A stretch of 64,000 bases of DNA, from sequence record MZ443771.1; one strand, written 5' to 3'. Below are positions 18,481-27,633 of the stretch, piece after piece (the first letter of the stretch is position 1; each line of letters starts with the position of its first letter). The notes under the pieces were generated by a model. It was given only the letters and a program-made list of their open reading frames with translations. It ran no database searches and had not been told where the DNA came from. The translations under genes and the position numbers were made by a program.

Positions 18481-18909
18481 ATGCGCACTCAAATCTTTAC
18501 CGCTGATATCCTTAATCTGGAAACAGTGACTGTCAACGAAGAAGACGGTAGTGAAGTTCGTACACCCACTATCGTGCCTAACGTTGAAGGCGAACCTGAG
18601 TTTAACATCTACACCATTCAGTCTCTGATTCAGTCAACAACTACCGGCGAGCCTGTGTCTGACACGCGCCTGATTGTGTTGATCACACCTGACCTGCTGG
18701 CGGGCTTCTCTACTAACGGTCTGGAAAACTACTTCGACCCTATTGCTCGCGTCGAAGATATCGCTGCTGGTAACGTCGGTAGCGTCCTCGGAAAACAGGT
18801 TGTTATCAACGACAAGTCTGTTGCGCCGTGTCTTGCAGTAGCAAACGTTAGCGATGTTGAAGAGGGTGTCACAATCCTCGCGTACAGCGCCGCGCAGGTA
18901 AAACTGTAA
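18481..18909 (+). CDS. Hypothetical protein
   Basis: ATG 18481 with GAGGAG RBS. Confidence 0.75.
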   Translation: MRTQIFTADILNLETVTVNEEDGSEVRTPTIVPNVEGEPEFNIYTIQSLIQSTTTGEPVSDTRLIVLITPDLLAGFSTNGLENYFDPIARVEDIAAGNVGSVLGKQVVINDKSVAPCLAVANVSDVEEGVTILAYSAAQVKL

Positions 18910-18963
18910 ATACTGATTAACAACCGAACACAAATGCTGTGTGTAGTCTCGCCCGTCTTGGGC

Positions 18964-18994
18964 ATGGGAGAGCCGGATGGCCTCCCATTTTTTT
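18964..18994 (+). terminator. Intrinsic terminator
   Basis: ATGGGAG...CTCCCAT stem with T7 tract. Confidence 0.8.
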
Positions 18995-19010
18995 ATTCTG
19001 AGGAATTTTT

Positions 19011-20084
19011 ATGAGCCAGCATAAAACTGAATTGTGGGATGAAGCTCTAGGCGGTGCACTGTCTGCTAAATACAATCAAACGGCTGAGTACGTCCCCGTG
19101 ATTCGTAGCGTCAATGCACGACTCGTCGAGGAGATTGCTCCATTCCGTAGACGGCTTGTTGCGGGGTTTGAAAAGTTCCTGACTGACGCTAAAGGTAAGA
19201 TTGAATACTTCGGTCCTTCACTCGAACAGTTCGCGTTATGGCTACAGCCGAACGGTAACTTCCAAAAGTCTGACTATGATATTGCTGTATTGTCTCATAC
19301 GCATACCCATTTCTTTTGGCAGTATACCCGAGCAGAGTTTGAGTTCGAAGAAGAAGTGATGGAGCATATCATCGAATCAGAAACACCTACCAAGATACCA
19401 GCGTCAATCATCAAGCAACTTCCTTACTGGACTCAATGGGTACGCGCACCTATAGGCGTTGATATCACAGGGGAACCTGCTGCATCTCAAGGCGCTAACC
19501 TGCACTTCTTTGGCGCTCTTGTGAGTTATTTGCGCTACGACAATAAAACGTTTCTGAATCTAAACGCGCCTGTGTTTACTGAGCGTGGGGATTGGAAAGA
19601 CCCAGCGCTTATGGCTGCTAACGTTCGCGTGTGCATTGATGATGACATTGACTTCACCGACCCGAATACAATCATTCCTTATATGCAGGGTACGCATGAA
19701 AATTTGAGTGAGGAAATGAAACAAAAGATATTCGGTGCTGTGCGTGAATGGGCGCCGAAGATGATCAGTTGTGTGTTGTTCTTGTGCTCCCAGCAAGAAG
19801 CAGTATACAAACAGGGTGCAGTGCAGCAAGCAGTTCGCCGTAAAGGCAACAACTATAAAATGCAAGCGCTGTCCAAATCGAAACAGTTTACTGTCGGCGG
19901 CGAGTTCGTTGACCAAATACGTGAGTACGAAGCTGACGCTATGCGCTCTGCATCATGGCAGCGCCGTGCTCATATCAGACGTGGGCACTATCACCACTTC
20001 TGGACAGGGCCAAAAACAGGTGAGCGTAAACTCATTTGCAAATGGCTTCCACCGAGCATTGTTCGCGGTACTGCCGCAGAGTAA
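19011..20084 (+). CDS. AcrVA2/FinQ-family protein
   Basis: C-terminal RAHIRRGHYHHFWTG...KWLPP matches the AcrVA2 PHIRRGHWHGYWQG...RWQP motif as recalled; also W-x-x-T...EE...P-x-SI...LP-x-W and LFLC segments. Confidence 0.7.
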   Translation: MSQHKTELWDEALGGALSAKYNQTAEYVPVIRSVNARLVEEIAPFRRRLVAGFEKFLTDAKGKIEYFGPSLEQFALWLQPNGNFQKSDYDIAVLSHTHTHFFWQYTRAEFEFEEEVMEHIIESETPTKIPASIIKQLPYWTQWVRAPIGVDITGEPAASQGANLHFFGALVSYLRYDNKTFLNLNAPVFTERGDWKDPALMAANVRVCIDDDIDFTDPNTIIPYMQGTHENLSEEMKQKIFGAVREWAPKMISCVLFLCSQQEAVYKQGAVQQAVRRKGNNYKMQALSKSKQFTVGGEFVDQIREYEADAMRSASWQRRAHIRRGHYHHFWTGPKTGERKLICKWLPPSIVRGTAAE

Positions 20085-20132
20085 TAGCTCTTTTCTAAAC
20101 TCCACGTATGGGCGTTATGCCCGGAGGTTAAT

Positions 20133-20891
20133 ATGTCCCGTGTACAAACTCTATGGATTCCAGATATGGAATCGTATGAACCTTATGTCCGTTCTCTGTG
20201 TCATATGGCGCGAGCGCTGGAAAACAATGGCCTGAACTATGGTAAGTTGAAACGCGTAGTTGTTATCGGCCTGTCGAAACGCAGTGTTGAGTCTTACGTT
20301 AAACAACTGCTTAACTCTAACACTCTGCCTAACACTCTCGTCTGTTTCGGTATCGACGAAGCGCCTGACAGCCACAAAGAATTTTCGTTCATCGGCTCGC
20401 ATGTTGTGTTGATGCACGACCTGACGTATGCCGGTGACAATGCGATGCACCGTGTGTCTCAACGTGTTCTCGAAATAATCCTGAGCTTGAAGCCTAAGCC
20501 ACAAGACACTGAGCTTAAAAACGGTGCGCTGTCTCTCGTATACCAGAATCCTATGCTCTGGTCATTCATACGTGACACTGGCTCAAGTATGTACGGACAC
20601 AGCCGTCACATTCAATACGCAGAAGGGATCGCATCGACTGTCGGCGTAGATCAACTAATGTCCTGCGAGAACAACGAGGACTTCCATAAGCTCCATGCGC
20701 AGACAATCACAATCGGCCAAGAGTTCTTCTACGTTAAGACCTCAGAACTGCTGTCAAGGTTAGGCAGTCTTAGTTGGTCGCTCGGCTGCATAAACAGTGA
20801 GTTCAGAGCCGACTATAAAATCGTGCTGCATGAGGATCTGCGCATACCAATCTTCGAAGAATTTCTGTTAGGTGACTTCGGGGGCTTTTAA
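20133..20891 (+). CDS. Hypothetical protein
   Basis: 252 aa ORF with GGAGG RBS. Confidence 0.75.
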   Translation: MSRVQTLWIPDMESYEPYVRSLCHMARALENNGLNYGKLKRVVVIGLSKRSVESYVKQLLNSNTLPNTLVCFGIDEAPDSHKEFSFIGSHVVLMHDLTYAGDNAMHRVSQRVLEIILSLKPKPQDTELKNGALSLVYQNPMLWSFIRDTGSSMYGHSRHIQYAEGIASTVGVDQLMSCENNEDFHKLHAQTITIGQEFFYVKTSELLSRLGSLSWSLGCINSEFRADYKIVLHEDLRIPIFEEFLLGDFGGF

Positions 20892-21225
20892 GAATATTCT
20901 TAGCCTGCTCTCTAATTTCTATATGTTGGCAAGTAGTGCTGACGTATCGTTATTGGAGAATAACATGTGCGAACGTAGCCATCTGCGGTTGAAGTACCTC
21001 GCACGGTCATCGAACTGGTGCAATAATAAAGTAAACGCTTGTAGTGAGCGGAAGGCGAGAGATGTTCAGTGCGAAGAATTTTTGGCTGCGACCAAAGATT
21101 GTCGTTCGATTCAGAACTCGTCCAGTGTTGTTTCTTTCTTCTCTGGCCAAGAGCTTGTTGGTCAGGCTATCTGGCGTGAGATAGAGGGAGACAACATGCT
21201 TCAATTCCGGTTGCTACTTGCTTAA
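20872..21225 (+). CDS. Hypothetical protein (start uncertain)
   Basis: Fills the gap before a terminator. Confidence 0.5.
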   Translation: MTSGAFKNILSLLSNFYMLASSADVSLLENNMCERSHLRLKYLARSSNWCNNKVNACSERKARDVQCEEFLAATKDCRSIQNSSSVVSFFSGQELVGQAIWREIEGDNMLQFRLLLA

Positions 21226-21229
21226 CGAC

Positions 21230-21270
21230 AAAAGGGCTTTCAGAGAAAATCTGATGGCCCTTTTCTTATT
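21230..21270 (+). terminator. Intrinsic terminator-like hairpin
   Basis: AAAAGGGC...TCAGA/TCTGA...GCCCTTTT. Confidence 0.65.
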
Positions 21271-21320
21271 CTATTGCTAATTTTCATCGACAAACACACT
21301 AACCGAATCTGAGGTAATTT

Positions 21321-22961
21321 ATGTCTTTGATTTCACTTAAAGGCGTAGCGTCCACATCTGCCCCTACCAAAGCGCAGAAAGATGCTGCTGTCTATATGTT
21401 TGGCTCTAAGGGCCATTCAATCGTTGCTGTGCTCGACAAATTCAGTCGTGCGAAAGAGCTACGCACCGCACACGTTGACGGTATGCTCAAGATGATGAAA
21501 GAAGGTGAAGATGACGAGATCATCAAGTTCACCGAGTCTGCTGCGGGTCGTAAGGCAATCGCTGCTGCTAAAGCATTCGCCGTAGCTAAAACGCTGACCG
21601 CCAGTATCAAAGCGCTGAAACTGATTCGCGTTCCTGTTAAGTGGGTAGCTGGTCATTCAGACGCGGCTGCTGCGCGTATCACCGAGACAAAAGAGATTCG
21701 TGCTCGCAAGTCTGCTGCTGGTAAAGCAGAGAAGCCGATCAAGCTCGACAACCCGGGCGCACCTGAGTCTACCACAGTAGACAACAAAGTGATTGACGCG
21801 AAGAAAGGTTCTGCAACACCGGCAACCGATGACGTAAGCGTGATTGACCGTGTAGTCAAAAACCCTTCTATCAAAAACACGTCTATCATTATCCGCCGCC
21901 TCTTTAAAGGCCATGAGACTACATCTTCATTGATGTTCCGCAAGGGTGTCGGTACTCAATCGACGCTTCTGGGTCTTGGGTCTCACGGCAACGGACACGA
22001 GACTGGTGCCGGACTGCTGGTGGCTGCATTCAAAGCTACCGGCATCAAACCTAAGTGGTACTTAGCTGATGCTGGCGATGCTGCTTTCGATTTAGGTTCT
22101 GCTGCAAACGTAACGAAAGTGTTCAAGTGGTTGTCTGCGAGAAAGCCGGGCGAAACTTTTGCTGCCACTGCGAAGCTGCCTAAATCTGGTAAAGTACCTG
22201 CAGGTGCAACGCGTGTTGTGCGCGATCATATCGGCAAGCCTGAGCCTGTGTCGAAAGAAAAACTCGCTTCTTCGACGTTTGATTTTGTAGGCGTTAAGTC
22301 TGCTGCTGGTGGCGCACTTAAACTGCAATTCAAACAACCGAAGAATGACAACGAATGGTCACTGACAATCCGTCGTGATAAAGACTCTATTACGAGTGAC
22401 CACGATGGTTCTTCTGGCTACCAGACTGCTGAGTCTTTCCTGCAACGCGGTATTACTGCAATCGGCGGTTCTGTTGTCGCAGAGCACCAGCAGCCGGGCA
22501 GCGCGATCTTCCAGTTTGCGAGCGAAGATCAGGCTAAAGCATATATTGCTTGGCTTAAAAAGCAGAAAGCTCAAACCATCAACTACAAAACTGAGCCTAA
22601 GATCACGGTAACCAAAGCTGCTTCATACACACCGTCAGGTAAAACTGATGTTTCGCTGGTGGATGAAATGGCAGAAGTACCTGCACGTAAGATCGCAGCC
22701 AAGCCTTTGCAGGCGCGTGAAGAATATTTCAATGCTCTGCGCAACATCCTGCAAAATAATCTGCCTAAGTCAGAAGTGTCCGCAACATCTAACGGTGTTG
22801 TCGTAGCGAAAGGTACCAAGATGTACACGATTCGCCTCGAGGACAAAGCGTGGACAATTCAGACTGGCGTTACTGGCAAGGCGAAACGTATCGGCGCAAC
22901 GTTCGATATCGTTGACCTGCTCGGTATGATCGACAAGTCAATTCTGCGTCCCAAAGCGTAA
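21321..22961 (+). CDS. Large Ala/Lys-rich basic protein (possible internal virion or DNA-binding protein)
   Basis: 546 aa, GAGGT RBS, standalone unit between terminators. Confidence 0.7.
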   Translation: MSLISLKGVASTSAPTKAQKDAAVYMFGSKGHSIVAVLDKFSRAKELRTAHVDGMLKMMKEGEDDEIIKFTESAAGRKAIAAAKAFAVAKTLTASIKALKLIRVPVKWVAGHSDAAAARITETKEIRARKSAAGKAEKPIKLDNPGAPESTTVDNKVIDAKKGSATPATDDVSVIDRVVKNPSIKNTSIIIRRLFKGHETTSSLMFRKGVGTQSTLLGLGSHGNGHETGAGLLVAAFKATGIKPKWYLADAGDAAFDLGSAANVTKVFKWLSARKPGETFAATAKLPKSGKVPAGATRVVRDHIGKPEPVSKEKLASSTFDFVGVKSAAGGALKLQFKQPKNDNEWSLTIRRDKDSITSDHDGSSGYQTAESFLQRGITAIGGSVVAEHQQPGSAIFQFASEDQAKAYIAWLKKQKAQTINYKTEPKITVTKAASYTPSGKTDVSLVDEMAEVPARKIAAKPLQAREEYFNALRNILQNNLPKSEVSATSNGVVVAKGTKMYTIRLEDKAWTIQTGVTGKAKRIGATFDIVDLLGMIDKSILRPKA

Positions 22962-22967
22962 ACAAAG

Positions 22968-22992
22968 AGGGTAGCTTCGGCTGCCCTTTTTT
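22968..22992 (+). terminator. Intrinsic terminator with C(UUCG)G loop
   Basis: AGGGTAGC-TTCG-GCTGCCCT plus T-run. Confidence 0.85.
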
Positions 22993-23050
22993 ACGTCTGA
23001 TTGACCTGAAAAGTGACTGTGACTTAACTCAAACTGAGACTGCCCAGAAT

Positions 23051-23114
23051 CTGCGAAGTCTGCAAATAACTGGTCAAAATAGCTCTTTATACGCACACGC
23101 GCCCGTGATACAAT
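23051..23114 (+). promoter_or_regulatory. Early promoter copy 1 (upstream box + TTTATA + TGnTACAAT)
   Basis: CTGCGAAGTCTGCAAATAACTGGTCAAAAT; -35 at +16 and -10 at +39 from the C of CTGG. Confidence 0.75.
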
Positions 23115-23167
23115 ATATGCAGACGCTACACAACGTAGCACATACAACTAATGCTGAGGAGCATACA

Positions 23168-23494
23168 ATGAAAACTTACAACGCTGAGAACAAACACGAA
23201 ATCGAAGAATTTGCGGCTGAGATCAACAAACGCATGAAGCGTACCGATGCGAAAGCAATCGTAACCAACGCCTACGCAGACGACGAGTTTTGTTTGATGG
23301 TTGTTGAGTGGGACGCAGAACTAAATGAAGAAACTGGCGAGTGTGGTTACTTCATTGATATCCCGAGCGAAGACGGCGAAAAGCATCGCATCACCTATGC
23401 AGGTGTGCCGCACCCAGAAGATAAAGAGTACGTGTTCTACTTCGACATGTACGAAGAATTGATGCCTGAGATTGAACGTCTGAATCTCGCCTAA
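23168..23494 (+). CDS. Small acidic early protein
   Basis: ATG 23168 with GAGGAG RBS. Confidence 0.8.
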   Translation: MKTYNAENKHEIEEFAAEINKRMKRTDAKAIVTNAYADDEFCLMVVEWDAELNEETGECGYFIDIPSEDGEKHRITYAGVPHPEDKEYVFYFDMYEELMPEIERLNLA

Positions 23495-23547
23495 GCAAAT
23501 ATCTGGTCAAAAGCGCCGTTGCTTGAAGACGTGTGACGGCGTATTAT
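23495..23547 (+). promoter_or_regulatory. Early promoter copy 2
   Basis: GCAAATATCTGGTCAAAA, TTGCTT-17-TATTAT. Confidence 0.7.
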
Positions 23548-23596
23548 GTAATCTCTAGCGCAATGACGCGCTCAACACTGAAAGAGGCAACAAACA

Positions 23597-23842
23597 ATGG
23601 CTGAGAAACAAATCGCACTTGACCTGATCGCAGACGTAGCATCGCCAACTGAAATCGTATTTGAAGACGGCGAGACTTCTACTGAATGGCTTGCGCCTTA
23701 CGATCTGCGCCTGACTGTGCTGAATGCCAGTGGCCCGAACGGCTACCCCGAAGTGAACATCATCGGCGAAGAAGATAATCTGCGCCGCTTCTTGGCAGAA
23801 AAGCTGCCTGACGTTGACGACTTAGTTGAAGACGTTAACTGA
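23597..23842 (+). CDS. Small acidic early protein
   Basis: 81 aa, GAGG RBS. Confidence 0.75.
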   Translation: MAEKQIALDLIADVASPTEIVFEDGETSTEWLAPYDLRLTVLNASGPNGYPEVNIIGEEDNLRRFLAEKLPDVDDLVEDVN

Positions 23843-23904
23843 TCGACAACGCTGACACTGCGGGGTTACGGCCCCGCTTCTTCTATTCTGCCTGAGATAA
23901 AACA

Positions 23905-24411
23905 ATGAAAAATTCATATTTGATTATTCGCATTAACGCCAAAGACATGTATGATCGCCAGTTTTTAATGCGTGGCTTCAATGCGAAGCGCATTGAGAGA
24001 GTCATCGGCGTTATTGCTATTGTTGGCGAAGGTCTGCTGACAGATGAATCTAAGATGTATTACATGGGGCGTGTAGGCATCGAACTGCTTGAGTCTGATA
24101 CTCAACAAAACTGGGCGCGTCTTACTTGGGCTGGCGTTGACGAGAAACGCATTGATGCAGGTATGCGCCGTCTGCCTGCGGAATTGCGCGATAGAATTAT
24201 GACGATGCGTACTAATCGCATCTACACTGAGGTAGATGTAGCTATACCAGAAGCGTTTCGTGAATGTCACACTAAGTTCGTGTACAAGACACGCCCCGAA
24301 CGTCGCCTCGTTGTGGCATCTGATAAGACAGGTACACTTGACGATTTCTCTGTAGAAGAAATCGTCGCTAACCTGAAGAAACGCATTAGCGGCGTCACTA
24401 TCACTTTCTAA
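23905..24411 (+). CDS. Hypothetical protein
   Basis: 168 aa ORF. Confidence 0.75.
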   Translation: MKNSYLIIRINAKDMYDRQFLMRGFNAKRIERVIGVIAIVGEGLLTDESKMYYMGRVGIELLESDTQQNWARLTWAGVDEKRIDAGMRRLPAELRDRIMTMRTNRIYTEVDVAIPEAFRECHTKFVYKTRPERRLVVASDKTGTLDDFSVEEIVANLKKRISGVTITF

Positions 24412-24473
24412 TCATCATCTGACTGTGGCGTTACGGCGCCACATACTTCACATTCTAATTGAGAGAACATGCC

Positions 24474-25088
24474 ATGAACCTCGTAACAACTTTCTTCGTT
24501 AAACGCTCTTACGCTTCACTCGCTGCTGGCAGTTTTGCAATCGACGCCAAACACGTTCAAGAATTGATTGAATGTGAGTGCATGATCGTACACGTTGATA
24601 CGGGCCATCGTAATGCGTTCGCCTTGAAGAACATCGCTCTGACGCCTATCGACGAGCACAACGTGCGCGTTACGTTCGACCCTCTGACAGACGCACACGC
24701 AATGCCGTCTTCTGTCATGCCGAAAGATCTGAAAGGCAGTATTCAAGTCTATGGCATGTACAGTGAAGATCTGAAAGACGTGCCACGCTTCGACGTGTCA
24801 AACGATGCGTCAGGCAACAACCCAAACATTCTGTCACTTGATCTTGAATGCCGCCAGCGCCTGATGCAGTATCACGGTGGCATGTGTACGCTGACCGAAC
24901 TGTGCCTGTCACTCTTTGAGAAAGGCATTCACATTGTCGATATTCATCACAACGTCAAACAGCACGATCACGGCGTCGGCGTTTTCACTCAGCGCTATCG
25001 CACTGCGTTTGAGCTGAACAAAGACAACGGCATTAAACGCCACAACGATGATTATCCAGTTCTGGCGCGTATGACTGTTTTAATGTAA
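24474..25088 (+). CDS. Hypothetical protein
   Basis: About 204 aa ORF. Confidence 0.7.
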   Translation: MNLVTTFFVKRSYASLAAGSFAIDAKHVQELIECECMIVHVDTGHRNAFALKNIALTPIDEHNVRVTFDPLTDAHAMPSSVMPKDLKGSIQVYGMYSEDLKDVPRFDVSNDASGNNPNILSLDLECRQRLMQYHGGMCTLTELCLSLFEKGIHIVDIHHNVKQHDHGVGVFTQRYRTAFELNKDNGIKRHNDDYPVLARMTVLM

Positions 25089-25097
25089 ACACACAAT

Positions 25098-25121
25098 GCC
25101 TCGCAACGTGCGGGGCTTTTT
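25098..25121 (+). terminator. Intrinsic terminator
   Basis: GCCTCGCA-ACG-TGCGGGGC plus T5. Confidence 0.7.
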
Positions 25122-25137
25122 CTATTTGGAGAATGTT

Positions 25138-25398
25138 ATGGTATACGAACGCGAAGAACTTCAAGACATGCCGCTTGATGTGCTCTACCATCTGGCGTGC
25201 GCTAAAGGTCTGCTGGACGATCTCGACGATGAAGACGATGTGCCTGATCGTGAAGTGCTGGTGGGCATGATTCTTGATGCGCAGAGCGAAGATGAACAGG
25301 CAGAACAAAACGCTGCCGACAAACAACGCGCCGAAGATGATCGCGATCCGCGTATCAATCGTCGTGATGGCCAAGACGGATCTGAGGACTACTGCTAA
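25138..25398 (+). CDS. Acidic protein with HeH/Rho-N-like module
   Basis: LQDMPLDVLYHLACAKGL...DREVLVGMILDAQ. Confidence 0.65.
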   Translation: MVYEREELQDMPLDVLYHLACAKGLLDDLDDEDDVPDREVLVGMILDAQSEDEQAEQNAADKQRAEDDRDPRINRRDGQDGSEDYC

Positions 25399-25616
25399 TG
25401 TCACCTACTGAACTGAATGAATATGTTCACCTCGTACTGACGCCTGTTGCTATGGCGTGGCGCGAGCAATTCCCCAAAAAGAAACAAACGATTTGTACGA
25501 TGAAGACGCCGTACTCTTGTCGTATCAAGTTCGTTGATGACCGTGAAGTTGAAAAAGCGTGGCAAGCATTCTGCCGCACACACGGTATCAAGAACGAAGA
25601 AACACTCGAAGTCTAA
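25398..25616 (+). CDS. Hypothetical protein
   Basis: 72 aa, TAATG coupling. Confidence 0.7.
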   Translation: MSPTELNEYVHLVLTPVAMAWREQFPKKKQTICTMKTPYSCRIKFVDDREVEKAWQAFCRTHGIKNEETLEV

Positions 25617-25620
25617 ATTC

Positions 25621-25649
25621 AAGGGCTGCCATTGCTGGTGGCCCTTTTT
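25621..25649 (+). terminator. Intrinsic terminator
   Basis: AAGGGCTGCCA...TGGTGGCCCTT plus T-run. Confidence 0.75.
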
Positions 25650-25654
25650 CATTT

Positions 25655-25663
25655 CTGTAAATA
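25655..25663 (+). promoter_or_regulatory. CTGTAAATA box
   Basis: Immediately after a terminator, 33 nt before ATG 25696. Confidence 0.6.
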
Positions 25664-25695
25664 CTCCGCACACTAACCACAACGCGGAACTTATA

Positions 25696-26064
25696 ATGCG
25701 CCGATTTGTACTCATCTTCAACGTCAGTCAGGAAGAGCTAGATGGCCGTCGTTTCTTTCAAGCAAAGCTCAACATTGTCTCATCACTGCGCCGCGCTCGC
25801 TGTGTGTTTCTCGTCGTGCGCGAGACAAAGCAGGTACTCTGTGTCTCTGAGCTAACGTATCAACCAAGCGTCGAACCCGGCATTCGTCAGGTAGACTTCG
25901 ACGCCCCGCGTGATGTGACCGCATACGTTCTGCCATTCACCGAACTCACTACTGCTATGGTCAATAACTCGCAAGACCCAAGCATTCGCTACTTCGGCCG
26001 TCAGCTTGAAATGGATGCTGACCAGCTCAAACGTTTTCACACTCAACTGGAGATTGTCCCATGA
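25696..26064 (+). CDS. Hypothetical protein
   Basis: ATG 25696 within track ORF 25534-26064. Confidence 0.65.
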   Translation: MRRFVLIFNVSQEELDGRRFFQAKLNIVSSLRRARCVFLVVRETKQVLCVSELTYQPSVEPGIRQVDFDAPRDVTAYVLPFTELTTAMVNNSQDPSIRYFGRQLEMDADQLKRFHTQLEIVP

Positions 26065-26303
26065 GTCAGTCATTAGGCGCTTCACTTGGTGCTCGCTTCG
26101 CTGTTAGCTCTCAGGAGAATATTGAGCGCCGTAAGAAGCGTGACCCGAAGAACAAGACGCTGACCTGTGCTGGCACTACAGCGCAGTACAATGCTGTCGG
26201 TATGCTCGCTAACAAACTCGACGTGTCACGCTCGCGTGTCATTGAAATGGCAATCGAAGAATTGCTGGCGAAGCATGGTATTAAGGTTGAGAGTGATGAG
26301 TAA
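26061..26303 (+). CDS. Ribbon-helix-helix (CopG-like) DNA-binding protein
   Basis: KTLTC...QYNAVGMLANKLDVSRSRVIEMAIEELL is an RHH pattern. Confidence 0.65.
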   Translation: MSQSLGASLGARFAVSSQENIERRKKRDPKNKTLTCAGTTAQYNAVGMLANKLDVSRSRVIEMAIEELLAKHGIKVESDE

Positions 26304-26661
26304 CGATACGCATATCTTTTGCCGACTGTATGGCGTACAGCACCGACTGCGTATCATCGCATATAACTTCCTCAAACCTCAGCACATGATAACAGTCGAT
26401 CCCTCTGACGTGCTCAAGATGATGCCTCGCATTATGGTGGGCGCAGCATACGACACGTACACGCCGTACAAAGTGATCAAGGCGGGACGTGCTGACTTCA
26501 AAATCCGCCTGATAGAGCGCACTGATGCGAACGTGTGGCGCTACGTGTTCGAAGACTATCGAGGCAAGCTGTTTGAGACTTACTTAAATCGGAGAACGTA
26601 TGATACAGCTGGGGACGATAACAGCGTTAAGTCTAAAAGACAAAGCGCCACGATCCACTGA
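26296..26661 (+). CDS. Hypothetical protein
   Basis: ATG 26296 overlapping the RHH gene stop. Confidence 0.65.
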   Translation: MSNDTHIFCRLYGVQHRLRIIAYNFLKPQHMITVDPSDVLKMMPRIMVGAAYDTYTPYKVIKAGRADFKIRLIERTDANVWRYVFEDYRGKLFETYLNRRTYDTAGDDNSVKSKRQSATIH

Positions 26662-27235
26662 CATTGATATCACGCCCGTATCGAAAGACGAAGACTGGGG
26701 CTCATTGAGTCCCTTTCATCTCGGGCCGTGTCGCACACCTGATGGTACGATGTTTCTCAACATGGAGAACTTGTGGCAGTACAGCAAGGTCTATGAAGAC
26801 CACATCGTCAACTCGAACGATATCTTTCACGGGGAGATAAGCAGGGAGTGGTACGAGTGGCATCTCAAAGGTGCTGGTTCAAAACAGGCGCATCGCTATC
26901 CTATGGGGAAAGGTCAAAAGGCTTTGTTCTCCAAATGGGGCGACTTGCGCCTTTCTTACGTTTCAGCACGAAAACAAATCTACGTGCCGGAATATGCCAA
27001 GCTGGTAATCAATCAGCCGAAGTTCAAACGTCTGCTCAAGGAATATAAGAAAGGTGCGAAGATCGTTGTACGCGATTATGACACCTACGATATTCTACGC
27101 GCCTACCAAGATGCTCGTAGTCCTTGGCTAGAAGCGATCAACAACCCGAACGCGAAGTTTGGTCACTCATTTGTGATTGCCCTCGCCCTGCTGTTTCACG
27201 ACAGACCACTATGGTACAATCAATGGATAATCTAA
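26600..27235 (+). CDS. NADAR/YbiA-like (DUF6939-type) protein
   Basis: LSPF...ENLWQYSKVY...ARKQIYVPEY...FGHSFVIA pattern recalled for NADAR-fold relatives. Confidence 0.5.
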   Translation: MIQLGTITALSLKDKAPRSTDIDITPVSKDEDWGSLSPFHLGPCRTPDGTMFLNMENLWQYSKVYEDHIVNSNDIFHGEISREWYEWHLKGAGSKQAHRYPMGKGQKALFSKWGDLRLSYVSARKQIYVPEYAKLVINQPKFKRLLKEYKKGAKIVVRDYDTYDILRAYQDARSPWLEAINNPNAKFGHSFVIALALLFHDRPLWYNQWII

Positions 27236-27540
27236 AGTATCTGGCTTGCATTGAACTGAGCACAAGGGAAGGTAATCTGAATCTCCCTATCCTGCCTAAG
27301 TGTGATATGCAGGCGTTTCTGCTTGACAGCCGTACTAAAACGAAAGTGCCCATAAAGCTCAATGCCACAAACGTGGTGAAAGTCTGCGGCAAGACGTGTG
27401 GCAGCCTACAATGGTTCGACTGCGTTAATCTGCTTATCTGGTCGTCGTTCGAGCCAGAGCGTTTCACGCTGTATATTGAGCGGACACTCAAAGCAGACGA
27501 GACAGCAAGCGCCCTGCAATCTGCTGAACTCTGCAAATAA
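27223..27540 (+). CDS. Hypothetical protein
   Basis: ATG 27223; 3' end overlaps promoter copy 3. Confidence 0.6.
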   Translation: MDNLKYLACIELSTREGNLNLPILPKCDMQAFLLDSRTKTKVPIKLNATNVVKVCGKTCGSLQWFDCVNLLIWSSFEPERFTLYIERTLKADETASALQSAELCK

Positions 27541-27585
27541 CTGGTCAAAATAGCCGTTCTATTTAGTAGCTCGATATGATATACT
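27521..27585 (+). promoter_or_regulatory. Early promoter copy 3
   Basis: CTGCTGAACTCTGCAAATAACTGGTCAAAAT...TTCTAT-17-TATACT with TG extension. Confidence 0.75.
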
Positions 27586-27633
27586 AAGAGCGAGCGCTAT
27601 TGCTCAAAAACAACTAAAGCTGAGGAGCTTATC

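Noticed and set aside
23068-23080. AACTGGTC as a host FadR/GntR operator
   Set aside because: Half-site only, non-palindromic, and half the copies read CTGGAC; not supportable as a FadR site.
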